Below, one piece after another: positions 10,187 to 19,511 of a DNA stretch of 64,000 nucleotides. The notes under the pieces are model-generated. The model did not search any database and had not been told where the DNA came from. It worked only from the letters and a program-made list of their open reading frames with translations. Position numbers and translations under genes: made by a program. Source of the DNA: Loktanella sp. (lineage in GTDB: Bacteria > Pseudomonadota > Alphaproteobacteria > Rhodobacterales > Rhodobacteraceae); assembly GCA_017542965.1 (NCBI GenBank), contig JAFWEI010000008.1, positions 16,920 to 80,919 of the forward strand, written 5' to 3'. Every line of letters starts with the position of its first letter. Within the stretch, counting starts at the first letter, position 1.

Positions 10187-10208
10187 CGGGCGTCTCCTGA
10201 TTCATCGT

Positions 10209-10225
10209 GCGCAATTTAATTACGC
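10209..10225. promoter_or_regulatory. Imperfect palindrome upstream of ecm
   Basis: GCGCAATTTAATTACGC (7 of 8 pairs), 23 nt upstream of the ecm start, in the divergent ecm/acyltransferase intergenic region. Confidence 0.35.
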
Positions 10226-10322
10226 TTTGATCCATTTATCGGACATTTTGTGGCGCTGTCAATTCGCTGCGTTGCGGCATGGCGGGATTTACCTTGGCGG
10301 GGAACCCTGTCATTTTCTGCGG

Positions 10323-11720
10323 ATGACGCAAACCATCTCCATGCCGGTATGGGCCTTTGTTCTGATCATCGTGTTCGCAGGTGTCACCTTTGCGTCGCAT
10401 TTCCTGTTTCCTTCGGTGCGCTGGTTTTTCCGCAAGCGCGCCGAACGGGTGATCGCGCGGGTCAACAAGAAACTGCAACGCCCGATCGAGCCGTTCAAGC
10501 TGGCGCTGCGCTATGACATGATCCAGCGCCTGATCTATGACCCGGAGGTGACGCAGGCCGTCGTGGACCATGCCCGCGCCAATAATGTCCCCGAAAACGT
10601 GGCCTTTGAAAAAGCCCGCAGCTATGCCCGCGAAATCGTGCCGTCGTTTTCCGCGACCGCCTATTTCAGCATCGGGATCAGGCTGGCGCGTTGGCTGTCG
10701 AAATCGCTGTACCGGATTCAGCTGGGCCGTCTGGACCGCAAGCGCATGGCCGAGATCGACCCAGATGCGGCGGTGGTTTTCGTCATCAACCATCGCAGCA
10801 ACATGGATTACATGCTGGTCACCTATCTGGCCGCCAATGCTGGTGCCTTGTCCTATGCGGTGGGCGAATGGGCACGGGTCTGGCCACTGTCGCCGGTGAT
10901 CCGGTCGATGGGGGCCTATTTCATCCGGCGCAATTCGCGCGGCGCGCTCTATCGCAAGGTGCTGGCGCGCTATGTGCAGATGGCCACGCGCGCGGGTGTG
11001 ACCCAGGCGGTATTCCCCGAAGGCGGCCTGTCGCTGGATGGCAGGCTGGCCGCGCCGCGCACCGGATTGTTGAATTACATTATCGAGGATTTCGACCCCG
11101 CAAGGCGCGAGGTGATCTTTATCCCCGTCGCGCTGAATTATGACCGGGTGCTGGAAGATACGATCCTGATCGCGGCGCATAAGGCCGGCACGCGCCGGTT
11201 CCGCCCGCCTTTGGTGCATGTCCTGCGGCGGGTGGTGCGGCATGTCTGGCAGCGGATCACGGGCCGGTTTCAGGGTTTCGGCACCGCCTCGGTCAGCTTT
11301 GGTGAACCACTGGAACTGTCGTCTTTTGCGGTGACCGCGCAGGGGGACGTGACGCAGGCGCTGGCGCAAACCCTGATGCAGCGCATCGCGGATGTCACGC
11401 CGGTGCCCGGTGTGCCGCTGGTCGCGCGCCATGTGCTGGCCGATGCGCCGGTCACCACCGCGCAGATCATGCAGGATGTCGTCGGGTCGCTGGCGATGCT
11501 GGCCCAAAGGCAGGTTCCGCGCCCCCGCCGCGCGACCGCAGATGTTGTCACCGAGGCATTGGACCGCTTGCAGGCGCGCCACCTGATCGCGCGGGACGGC
11601 GATCTTTGGCGCGTGACCGAGCTAGGCAGGCCGGTCCTGGCCTATTACGCCAATTCCATTGCACATCATTTCGACATCCCTGCCGATGCCGCGCCTGTTT
11701 CTGCATCGCGGCAGACATAA
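10323..11720 (+). CDS. PlsB-like glycerol-3-phosphate/lysophospholipid acyltransferase
   Basis: HX4D motif (HRSNMD), GAYFIRR, FPEGG; N-terminal TM helix; start moved to MTQTISMPVWAF at 10323. Confidence 0.85.
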   Translation: MTQTISMPVWAFVLIIVFAGVTFASHFLFPSVRWFFRKRAERVIARVNKKLQRPIEPFKLALRYDMIQRLIYDPEVTQAVVDHARANNVPENVAFEKARSYAREIVPSFSATAYFSIGIRLARWLSKSLYRIQLGRLDRKRMAEIDPDAAVVFVINHRSNMDYMLVTYLAANAGALSYAVGEWARVWPLSPVIRSMGAYFIRRNSRGALYRKVLARYVQMATRAGVTQAVFPEGGLSLDGRLAAPRTGLLNYIIEDFDPARREVIFIPVALNYDRVLEDTILIAAHKAGTRRFRPPLVHVLRRVVRHVWQRITGRFQGFGTASVSFGEPLELSSFAVTAQGDVTQALAQTLMQRIADVTPVPGVPLVARHVLADAPVTTAQIMQDVVGSLAMLAQRQVPRPRRATADVVTEALDRLQARHLIARDGDLWRVTELGRPVLAYYANSIAHHFDIPADAAPVSASRQT

Positions 11721-11835
11721 AATTACAAAATGATGCGCTGTGGTGTTGCAATCTTGCGTGACGATTCGTATCAATTCCCCAAGGCCGCGTGATTCTGCAC
11801 TGCGGCGCAACGGAATGATCGCGATGGAGAGTGAC

Positions 11836-13131
11836 ATGGCCCTTGATCTGACCACCGGCGAAGCGGCCTATGCCGCCGAACGCAAAGACCTTTATGCCAT
11901 GGGCGAAATGCCCCCCCTTGGCCATCTGCCTGCGCAGATGCATGCTTGGGTGCTGCGCCGCGAACGGCATGGCGAACCCGAAACCGCGCTGCAGCTGGAA
12001 ATCGTCGATTGCCCCAAGCCGGACAGCAACGAAGTGATCATTCTGGTGATGGCGGCGGGGGTGAATTACAACGGCGTCTGGGCCTGTCTGGGCCAGCCTG
12101 TTTCGACCTTTGATGTGCATAAGGCCCCTTATGCGATCCTTGGGTCCGATGCTGCGGGCATCGTCTGGGCCGTGGGCGACAAGGTCAAGCGCTGGAAAGT
12201 CGGTGACGAAGTCGTGGTCCATTGCAATCAGGACGATGGCGATGACGAGGATTGCAACGGCGGCGATCCGATGTATTCGCCCAGCCAGCGGATCTGGGGC
12301 TATGAAACCGCCGACGGGTCATTCGCGCAATTCACCCGCGTGCAATCGCAGCAATTGATGGCGCGTCCCCAGCACCTGACGTGGGAAGAAAGCGCCTGTT
12401 ACACGCTGACGCTGGCCACCGCTTACCGCATGTTGTTCGGCCATGAACCGCATGACCTGAAACCCGGACAGAACGTGCTGGTCTGGGGGGCCTCGGGGGG
12501 GCTGGGGTCCTATGCGATCCAGCTGATCAATACGGCGGGGGCCAATGCGATCGGCGTGATCAGCGACGAAAGCAAGCGGGATTTCGTGATGTCGCTGGGC
12601 GCCAAAGGTGTAATCAACCGCAACGATTTTTCCTGCTGGGGCCAGTTGCCCACGGTCAATACCGCCGCCTATGACATCTGGCTGAAAGAGGCGCGCCGGT
12701 TCGGCAAGGCGATCTGGGACATCACCGGCAAGGGCAAGAATGTCGATATGGTGTTCGAACATCCGGGCGAGGCCACGTTCCCCGTGTCGTCGCTGGTCTG
12801 CAAGAAAGGCGGCATGGTCGTGATCTGCGCGGGCACTACCGGATTTAACTGCACCTTTGACGTCCGTTATATGTGGATGCACCAGAAACGGTTGCAGGGC
12901 AGCCATTTCGCCCATCTCAAACAGGCGAGTGCGGCCAACAACCTGATGGTCGAACGCCGTCTGGACCCCTGCATGTCGGAATGCTTTTCCTGGTCGGAAA
13001 TTCCGCTGGCCCATACCAAGATGCGCCGCAACGAACACAAGCCCGGCAATATGGCCGTGCTGGTGCAGGCACCGGTGATGGGGCTGCGGACCTTTGCCGA
13101 CACGATCGAAGCGTCACGGGAGGGACGCTGA
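11836..13131 (+). CDS. ccrA: Crotonyl-CoA carboxylase/reductase
   Basis: KDLYAMGEMPP, VMAAGVNYNGVWA, WGYET.DGSF, GASGGLG, HPGEATF; start moved to 11836. Confidence 0.95.
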   Translation: MALDLTTGEAAYAAERKDLYAMGEMPPLGHLPAQMHAWVLRRERHGEPETALQLEIVDCPKPDSNEVIILVMAAGVNYNGVWACLGQPVSTFDVHKAPYAILGSDAAGIVWAVGDKVKRWKVGDEVVVHCNQDDGDDEDCNGGDPMYSPSQRIWGYETADGSFAQFTRVQSQQLMARPQHLTWEESACYTLTLATAYRMLFGHEPHDLKPGQNVLVWGASGGLGSYAIQLINTAGANAIGVISDESKRDFVMSLGAKGVINRNDFSCWGQLPTVNTAAYDIWLKEARRFGKAIWDITGKGKNVDMVFEHPGEATFPVSSLVCKKGGMVVICAGTTGFNCTFDVRYMWMHQKRLQGSHFAHLKQASAANNLMVERRLDPCMSECFSWSEIPLAHTKMRRNEHKPGNMAVLVQAPVMGLRTFADTIEASREGR

Positions 13132-13137
13132 GATCAA

Positions 13138-13177
13138 CCTTTGCGCGCCATCGCCACCGGGTGGTGGCGCGCAAAGG
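13138..13177 (+). terminator. Stem-loop after ccr
   Basis: CCTTTGCGCGCCA...TGGCGCGCAAAGG, a 13-bp stem starting 7 nt after the stop. Confidence 0.7.
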
Positions 13178-13190
13178 GCAGGATGCGCTC

Positions 13191-13219
13191 CGCGCGGGAG
13201 TATTTGAAACAAAGCGATG
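13191..13219 (+). repeat. Degenerate relative of the 33-bp repeat
   Basis: CGCGCGGGAGTATTTGAAACAAAGCGATG shares the GCGGG..TATTT..GATG layout only. Confidence 0.4.
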
Positions 13220-13301
13220 GCAGGGTCTCTGCGCGGAATTTTTCTGTGCTGTGCATCAGATGGCGGTGGTGACGGGTGGCGGGCGCGGATAATGTCGCGC
13301 C

Positions 13302-14828
13302 ATGAATGTCCCCGTGATCACCTTTTCCGACGACCAGGCCGAAGCCTGGGACAATGTGGCATCCGCCCTGCGCCAGGCGGGCGTTGATCTGGACGACAGC
13401 CTGCTGCAACCGCCGCAGAGCGACACATCATCGGCGCTGGCCGTGATCGGCAAGGCGGGGTCGGGCAAGACGATGCTGCTTGCGGCCTTGTACAAGGCCT
13501 TGGCCGAGGCGGGCGTCGATGTGATTTCCGGCGATTGGGAAGGCCGCAAGCGCAAGGACCGCCGCACGCTCGCGATCCTTGCGCCGACCAACAAGGCCGC
13601 GAGCGTGCTGCGCAACCGCGGCGTGCCGGCGACGACGATCCACCGTATTTTGTATACCCCCGTCTATGACCCCGAATATGAAAAGATCGCCGAATGGCTG
13701 GCAGGCCAAGGCGACCGCCCCGATATCGAAAGCCTGACCGATGTGGCGCTGGACCGCGCCTGGGCGTCTTATCAGATCAATACTTCGGTGCCTGCGGCCC
13801 TGGCGGCCGCGGGGCTGCGCGGCAGCGATTTCATCACCGGCTGGAAACGCCGCGAGGAGCCGCTGGATATCGGGTTTGTCGACGAAAGCTCGATGCTGGA
13901 TGCCAAGCAGTTTGCCGATCTCAAGGAGATTTTCCCGACCCTGCTGTTGTTCGGGGATCCCGCACAATTGCCGCCCGTGCAATCCAGCGGTGGCATGGTG
14001 TTTGAAACCCTGCCCAAGGACCGTGTTCTGACGTTAAGCCGGATTCACCGGCAGGATGCCGATAACCCGATCCTTGATCTGGCCCATGCCTTGGCCGATC
14101 CGATGCTGGATTTCTACACTTTCGAGCGCATGGTGGCCGAGGCCGCCGCCCGCGACGACCGTGTCGTCATGGCCCAACGGGTCGAGGCCGATCTGATGGC
14201 GCGGTCGCCCTGTCTGGTCTGGCGCAATGCCACCCGGATCAAGCTGATCCATGCGTTCCGGTCTGCCTTTAACGCACCTGTCGATGCGCTGTTGCCGGGC
14301 GAGCCCCTGATCTGCGACGGGATCGAACTGCCGCTGAAGCACCGCAAGAAACGGCTGGATCTCGAGGCGCGCGGGCTGATCAAAGGCGCGCAGGTGATCT
14401 ATCTGGGTGCGGGCAAGAAGCCCGGTTTTTCGCGCCTGCATGTGATCGGTGCCGAAGACCCGCGCATTTCCGCCGCCAGCATCGTCAAGATCGAGCTTGA
14501 GGGCGATGCAGAGCCGTTCATCCCCTTTGCGGCACGGATGGGGGCGACCTTTTTGCATGGCGCGGCTGTCACGATCCACAAGGCGCAGGGGTCGCAATGG
14601 GATACCGTGCAGGTCTTTGCCCCCGATATCGAAGTGGCCAGCCGCATGGGCCGGATGGAGGCAGGCCAGCCTTTGTGGAAACGTCTGGCCTATGTCGCGA
14701 TCACGCGGGCGGAAACGCAATTGCGCTGGGTCGTGCGCAACCGGCTGGCGCGGCCGGAACTGGCACTGGGGGTGGATGATCTGGATGTCCCGGTCTCGAC
14801 CCTGGAGTTGAAAGCGGAGGAAACATGA
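13302..14828 (+). CDS. RecD-like SF1 ATP-dependent DNA helicase
   Basis: Walker A GKAGSGKT, APTNKAA, TIHR, VDESSM, GDPAQLPP, TIHKAQGSQW, YVAITRA. Confidence 0.9.
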   Translation: MNVPVITFSDDQAEAWDNVASALRQAGVDLDDSLLQPPQSDTSSALAVIGKAGSGKTMLLAALYKALAEAGVDVISGDWEGRKRKDRRTLAILAPTNKAASVLRNRGVPATTIHRILYTPVYDPEYEKIAEWLAGQGDRPDIESLTDVALDRAWASYQINTSVPAALAAAGLRGSDFITGWKRREEPLDIGFVDESSMLDAKQFADLKEIFPTLLLFGDPAQLPPVQSSGGMVFETLPKDRVLTLSRIHRQDADNPILDLAHALADPMLDFYTFERMVAEAAARDDRVVMAQRVEADLMARSPCLVWRNATRIKLIHAFRSAFNAPVDALLPGEPLICDGIELPLKHRKKRLDLEARGLIKGAQVIYLGAGKKPGFSRLHVIGAEDPRISAASIVKIELEGDAEPFIPFAARMGATFLHGAAVTIHKAQGSQWDTVQVFAPDIEVASRMGRMEAGQPLWKRLAYVAITRAETQLRWVVRNRLARPELALGVDDLDVPVSTLELKAEET

Positions 14829-15535
14829 AAACCATCATCATCACAGGGGCCAGTGCCGGGATCGGGCGGGCCACCGCGTTGCATTTTCTGGATCAAGGCT
14901 GGCGTGTCGGCCTGATCGCGCGCAGGCCCGAGGTTTTGGCCGAAATGGCGCATCCCAATGCGGTGCCTTTGCCGTGCGATGTGACGGACGAGGCAGGCGT
15001 CGATGCCGCCTTTACCGCGTTCGGCCATCTGGATGTGTTGTTCAACAATGCGGGCATGTTCGGCCCCCAGACCACGATTGACGAAATCGCGCTGGATGAC
15101 TGGCGCGCGGTGCTGGATGTGAACCTGACCGGCATGTTCCTTTGCGCGCGCGCCGCGTTCCGCCAGATGCGCCACCAGACGCCGCAAGGCGGGCGGATCA
15201 TCAATAACGGGTCGATTTCCGCGCACACCCCGCGCGAAGGGTCGATCTGTTACACGACCACCAAACACGGCGTGTCCGGCCTGACCAAGACGCTGACGCT
15301 GGATGGCCGCGCATTCGATATCGCCTGCGGGCAGATCGACATCGGCAATGCACGCACCGAACTGGTGCAGGGGCTGGAACTCAAGCGCGCCGCCGAAGGC
15401 TTGCCGCCTTTACCGACGATGGCGGTGGAGGATGTGGCGCGTGCGGTGTTCCACATGGCGTCATTGCCGCCAGAGGCGAATGTGCAGACCATGATGGTGA
15501 TGGCCTCCAAGATGCCGCATATCGGGCGGGGTTAA
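14825..15535 (+). CDS. SDR family oxidoreductase
   Basis: TGASAGIG, NNAG, YTTTK catalytic YxxxK. Confidence 0.9.
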   Translation: MKTIIITGASAGIGRATALHFLDQGWRVGLIARRPEVLAEMAHPNAVPLPCDVTDEAGVDAAFTAFGHLDVLFNNAGMFGPQTTIDEIALDDWRAVLDVNLTGMFLCARAAFRQMRHQTPQGGRIINNGSISAHTPREGSICYTTTKHGVSGLTKTLTLDGRAFDIACGQIDIGNARTELVQGLELKRAAEGLPPLPTMAVEDVARAVFHMASLPPEANVQTMMVMASKMPHIGRG

Positions 15536-16281
15536 CGCCGCAGCATTGTAAAGACCGCAGAGGCGAGCCAACCCGCGCCAATCGCGATGGCCAGTGACAA
15601 CAGGCCATAGATGAACGCCTGTTCATGCGCGAGGTTGTAAAGCCAGCGTTCCAGCCCGACCTTGTTGACCGGAATCGTGGTCATGTAGGTGTCGATCACC
15701 GTGCCATTGCGGGTCAGGTAGATGCGCACGTCGTAATTGCCTTCGGTCAGGTTGGCAGGCATCGAAATCGCGCTGCGGAACAATGTGTCCTGATCCAGCG
15801 TCACGGCACCTTCGCGCATCTGGTACAGGTCCTGATCGGTCTTGATGCGGATCAGCGCCTCGGTAAAGGCGGCGCTGTCGGCGACCACGGCCCCTGCCGA
15901 CCGGATCGCGCGGGGGATGCTGATGCGGTGGCGCAGGTCTTCGACTTCGCGCAGGATATCGGTGATCGGGGCGCTGGTGGCGACCGCATAGAACGACGGC
16001 GCGGAATTGACGAACACCGCGTCGGTGTTGACCCAGATGCCCATCTGCTGCGCCTTGCGCCGCACGGTGACAGGCTCGCTTGGGCCTGCGATGGTGATGA
16101 TGACGCCAAGCGCGCTGTCCTGTGGCGGGGGGGCCGTGCGGCTGACCGCGCCAAAGACGATGATGTCGGACCCTTCAAAGGTGACGGTGATGGCGACTTC
16201 GTCCTGGCTCAGGCCCAGCACGATCTGCTCGGCCTTTGCTGGCAGGGCCAGCAGCATCAGAATGGCAAACAGGCGGATCAT
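15532..16281 (-). CDS. TIGR02186 family membrane protein
   Basis: Signal peptide, IWVN, PSFYAVA, KVGLERWL, C-terminal TM helix; typical partner of the upstream TauE gene. Confidence 0.8.
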   Translation of the reverse strand: MIRLFAILMLLALPAKAEQIVLGLSQDEVAITVTFEGSDIIVFGAVSRTAPPPQDSALGVIITIAGPSEPVTVRRKAQQMGIWVNTDAVFVNSAPSFYAVATSAPITDILREVEDLRHRISIPRAIRSAGAVVADSAAFTEALIRIKTDQDLYQMREGAVTLDQDTLFRSAISMPANLTEGNYDVRIYLTRNGTVIDTYMTTIPVNKVGLERWLYNLAHEQAFIYGLLSLAIAIGAGWLASAVFTMLRR

Positions 16282-17195
16282 GAATGCCCCTCTGCGCCGA
16301 GCGAATAAAGTTCGGATGGCATGATCAGCAGGTCCAGCGCGATCTTGCCGCAGACCACCAGCACCATGATGGCCAGCAGGATGCGCAATTGTTCCGCCTT
16401 CATCTTGACCCCGATCCGGGTGCCGACCTGTGCGCCGATCACGCCGCCGATCAGCAACAAAAGCGCCAGCAACACATCGACGGTCTGGTTGGTGGTCGCA
16501 TGCAGCATCGTGGTAAAGCCCGCGACAAAGATGATCTGCAACAGCGAGGTGCCGATCACCACCTTGGTCGGCATGCCAAGAATATAGATCATCGCCGGCA
16601 CCATGATAAAGCCGCCACCCACCCCCATGACAGCGGCCAGTATCCCCACCAATATCCCCACCATGATGGGCGGGATGACCGAGATATACAGCCCCGACAC
16701 CCGGAATTTCATTTTGAAAGGCAGGTTATGGACCCAGTTATGCTTGCGCCGCTGCGGCACGGCGCTGGGTCCGCGGGACCGTCTGATCGCGCGCAGGCTT
16801 TCGACGAACATCAGCGCGCCGATGGCCCCCAGAAAGACGACATAGCACAGCTGCACCAGCAGATCGACCTGACCCAGCGCGCGCAGGGTGTTGAAGATCA
16901 CGATTCCGATCGCGGACCCGATCACCCCGCCGATCAGCAACACCCCGCCCATCACCGGATCGACGGTCTTGCGTTTGAAATGCGCCAGCACGCCCGAAAT
17001 CGACGAGGCGACGATCTGGTTGGTGCTGGTCGCCACGGCCACCGCAGGCGGGATGCCGATGAAAAACAGCAAAGGCGTGATCAGAAACCCGCCGCCGACG
17101 CCGAACATCCCCGACAACACGCCCACAATGCCGCCCAACCCGAGTAACAGGAAGGCGTTCACCGAAACTTCGGCGATAGGAAGATAGATGTACAT
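16278..17195 (-). CDS. Sulfite exporter TauE/SafE family protein
   Basis: MYIYLPIAE, GMFGVGGGFLITP, MGVGGGFIMVP repeated halves; about 8 TM helices. Confidence 0.9.
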   Translation of the reverse strand: MYIYLPIAEVSVNAFLLLGLGGIVGVLSGMFGVGGGFLITPLLFFIGIPPAVAVATSTNQIVASSISGVLAHFKRKTVDPVMGGVLLIGGVIGSAIGIVIFNTLRALGQVDLLVQLCYVVFLGAIGALMFVESLRAIRRSRGPSAVPQRRKHNWVHNLPFKMKFRVSGLYISVIPPIMVGILVGILAAVMGVGGGFIMVPAMIYILGMPTKVVIGTSLLQIIFVAGFTTMLHATTNQTVDVLLALLLLIGGVIGAQVGTRIGVKMKAEQLRILLAIMVLVVCGKIALDLLIMPSELYSLGAEGHS

Positions 17196-17329
17196 GGGCT
17201 GTTCCGGGGGCTTGTGCCGCTGGCCGCACCAAAGACGTTTCGGCGCCCTGTGTCAAACGCTCTCGTGCAACAAAGGCGGCATTCGCTGCATTTGCGCCAC
17301 TTGGCGTCAATGCTGGTCGGGAACTGGAC

Positions 17330-18136
17330 CTATGCCAGCCCGCGCAGATAGGCGCGCAGCACCTTTTCCAGCTTGGCCGCACCGATGGGGGCCATCGCCT
17401 TGGTATGTTCGTGGCTGATCGCCTCGTCGCTTAATCCTGCCGCCATATTGGTGATGGTGGAAATGGCGGCGGCTTTCAGGCCAAGGAACCGTGCAAGGAT
17501 CACCTCTGGCACGGTGGACATGCCCACGGCATCTGCCCCCAGCATCGCGATCGCGCGGATTTCGGCGGGGGTTTCAAACGACGGGCCGGAATACCACGCA
17601 TAAACCCCGTCTGCCATCTGGGTGCCGGTGCTGTCGGCGGCGGCGCGCAGCGCGCTGCGGATCGCGGGGTCATAGGCGTCTTTCATCGGGACAAAGCGCG
17701 CATCGGTGGGTTCCCCGATCAGCGGGTTCAGGCCGGAAAAGTTGATGTGGTCGCTCAGGCACATGATCGATCCCGTGGGCATATCCGCCCGCATCGACCC
17801 TGCGGCATTGGTCGCGATCACCGCCTGCCCGCCCAATGCGCGCAACACCTCTAGCGGCAGGCGCATCACGTCGGGCACGCCCTTTTCATAGTAATGCGCG
17901 CGCCCGCCGAAAACGGCGACGCGCATGCCTTCCAGATCGCCGATCACCAGCTTGGGATTATGCCCTGACACGCCCGCATGCGGAAAGCCCGGCAGATCAT
18001 CGTAAGGGATCGCCACACCGTCCACCGCATCCGCGATATGACCAAGGCCAGACCCAAGGATCAGGCCCAGCCGCACGGGGGCATCGCCCGCGACGGATTT
18101 GATCTGCTGGCTAAGGGTTTCAGCGTTCTTTGACAT
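17330..18136 (-). CDS. Purine nucleoside phosphorylase, PunA/XapA (trimeric) type
   Basis: LILGSGLG, GRAHYYE, GPSFETPAE, GADAVGMSTVPE, TNMAAG; start moved to 18136. Confidence 0.92.
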   Translation of the reverse strand: MSKNAETLSQQIKSVAGDAPVRLGLILGSGLGHIADAVDGVAIPYDDLPGFPHAGVSGHNPKLVIGDLEGMRVAVFGGRAHYYEKGVPDVMRLPLEVLRALGGQAVIATNAAGSMRADMPTGSIMCLSDHINFSGLNPLIGEPTDARFVPMKDAYDPAIRSALRAAADSTGTQMADGVYAWYSGPSFETPAEIRAIAMLGADAVGMSTVPEVILARFLGLKAAAISTITNMAAGLSDEAISHEHTKAMAPIGAAKLEKVLRAYLRGLA

Positions 18137-19088
18137 AGGGTTGTCCGCCTGCGCGTGGGGGGATCGCCTTGCCGACAAAACCGGCAAGGATGATCACGGT
18201 TAGAATATAAGGAAGCACATCAAGGAACTGGCCGTTGACGCGGAAACCGATCACACTGGTGATGATGTCAGGGCGCAGCGACAAGGCTTGCAGGAAGCCG
18301 AACAGCAGGCATGCATAAAGCGCATACCATGGCCGCCATTTGGCAAAGATCAGCGCCGCCAGCGCGATATAGCCGCGCCCCGCGCTCATGTCCTTGACGA
18401 AACCGGCCTGCAGCGCGGTCGCCAGATAGGCCCCCGCAATGCCGCACAGCACGCCGCAGATGCCGACCGCGGCAAAGCGCAGCCCGATAACAGACACACC
18501 GGCGGTATCGACAGCGGCGGGATTTTCGCCCACGGCGCGCAGGCGCAGGCCGAACCGCGTGCGATACAGCACCCACCATGTCAGCGGCACCATCGCAAGC
18601 GCGACATAGACAAGGATCGTATGGCCCGAAATCAGTTCGAAATAGATCGGCCCGATCACCGGCACATCGCGTAGGGTTTCCGCAAAGGGCAGGGTGATCG
18701 GGTTGAACCGCCCGTCACCCGATAATTGCGGGGTGCGCCCGCCTTGGCGGAACCAGCTTTGCGCGACGACGACAGTCAGCCCCGCGGCCAGAAAATTGAT
18801 CGCCACCCCCGAAATCAGCTGATTGCCGCGAAAGGTGATCGACGCCACCCCGTGGATCGCCGACAGGACCAGCGACGCGCCGATCCCCGCCAGCAGCCCC
18901 AGCCAGACATCGCCGGTGACAGCCGCAATCGCCGCCGACATGAATGCGGCGGCCAGCATTTTGCCTTCCAGCCCGATATCAAAGATACCGGCACGCTCTG
19001 AAAACAGGCCCGCCAGACAGGCTAGCAAAAGCGGTGTCGCCAGACGCAATGTCGCGTCCAGCATCTGCAGAAGGGTGGCGAAATCCAT
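18120..19088 (-). CDS. Nucleoside ABC transporter permease (NupC-like)
   Basis: ERAGIFDIGLEG, GLRLRAVGENP, GRGYIALAALIFAKW. Confidence 0.92.
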   Translation of the reverse strand: MDFATLLQMLDATLRLATPLLLACLAGLFSERAGIFDIGLEGKMLAAAFMSAAIAAVTGDVWLGLLAGIGASLVLSAIHGVASITFRGNQLISGVAINFLAAGLTVVVAQSWFRQGGRTPQLSGDGRFNPITLPFAETLRDVPVIGPIYFELISGHTILVYVALAMVPLTWWVLYRTRFGLRLRAVGENPAAVDTAGVSVIGLRFAAVGICGVLCGIAGAYLATALQAGFVKDMSAGRGYIALAALIFAKWRPWYALYACLLFGFLQALSLRPDIITSVIGFRVNGQFLDVLPYILTVIILAGFVGKAIPPRAGGQPYVKER

Positions 19089-19511
19089 TTAGGCAACAGC
19101 CTCCGTCAGGAAGGGGAACAGCGCGAAAAAGCGGTCGGCAACCTCGGGGTTGCGGCGCAGGGCAGCCTCGGCCTGCGCTTGGGTGATGTCGTTCACCTGC
19201 GGTTTGTCGCGGCGCATGAAGAATTGCAGCCCCAGCATCGCGTCGAAACGGTCATCGGTGATGAATGGATCATGCGGGATGCGGGCCATCACGGCCTCGT
19301 TCGGGCGGAACACATTGGCGCGGTTCTTGACCGCCAGCAATGCCACCAGATGCGGCGGCACGTCGTCACCCGGGGTCTGCGCGATCACATGGTTTATCCA
19401 GCGGTGCAATTCATCCATCGTGATCATGCCAAGCGCCAGACAGCTGAGTACAAAGCCAAGGTCGGCGCCGGTGTCATCCTCGACACCGATCTTGAAAGGG
19501 CCTGCCATCAT
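19089..19511 (-). CDS. Hypothetical 140-aa soluble protein embedded in the ABC operon
   Basis: Fills the gap exactly: start overlaps the upstream permease stop (ATGA) and its TAA abuts the next ATG; host-like codon usage. Confidence 0.8.
   Translation of the reverse strand: MMAGPFKIGVEDDTGADLGFVLSCLALGMITMDELHRWINHVIAQTPGDDVPPHLVALLAVKNRANVFRPNEAVMARIPHDPFITDDRFDAMLGLQFFMRRDKPQVNDITQAQAEAALRRNPEVADRFFALFPFLTEAVA

Noticed and set aside
11721-11760. TTACAAA / TTGCAAT as ScfR/RamB/PccR-type sites upstream of ccr
   Set aside because: Only partial similarity to TTTGCAAA and wrong spacing; not supportable.
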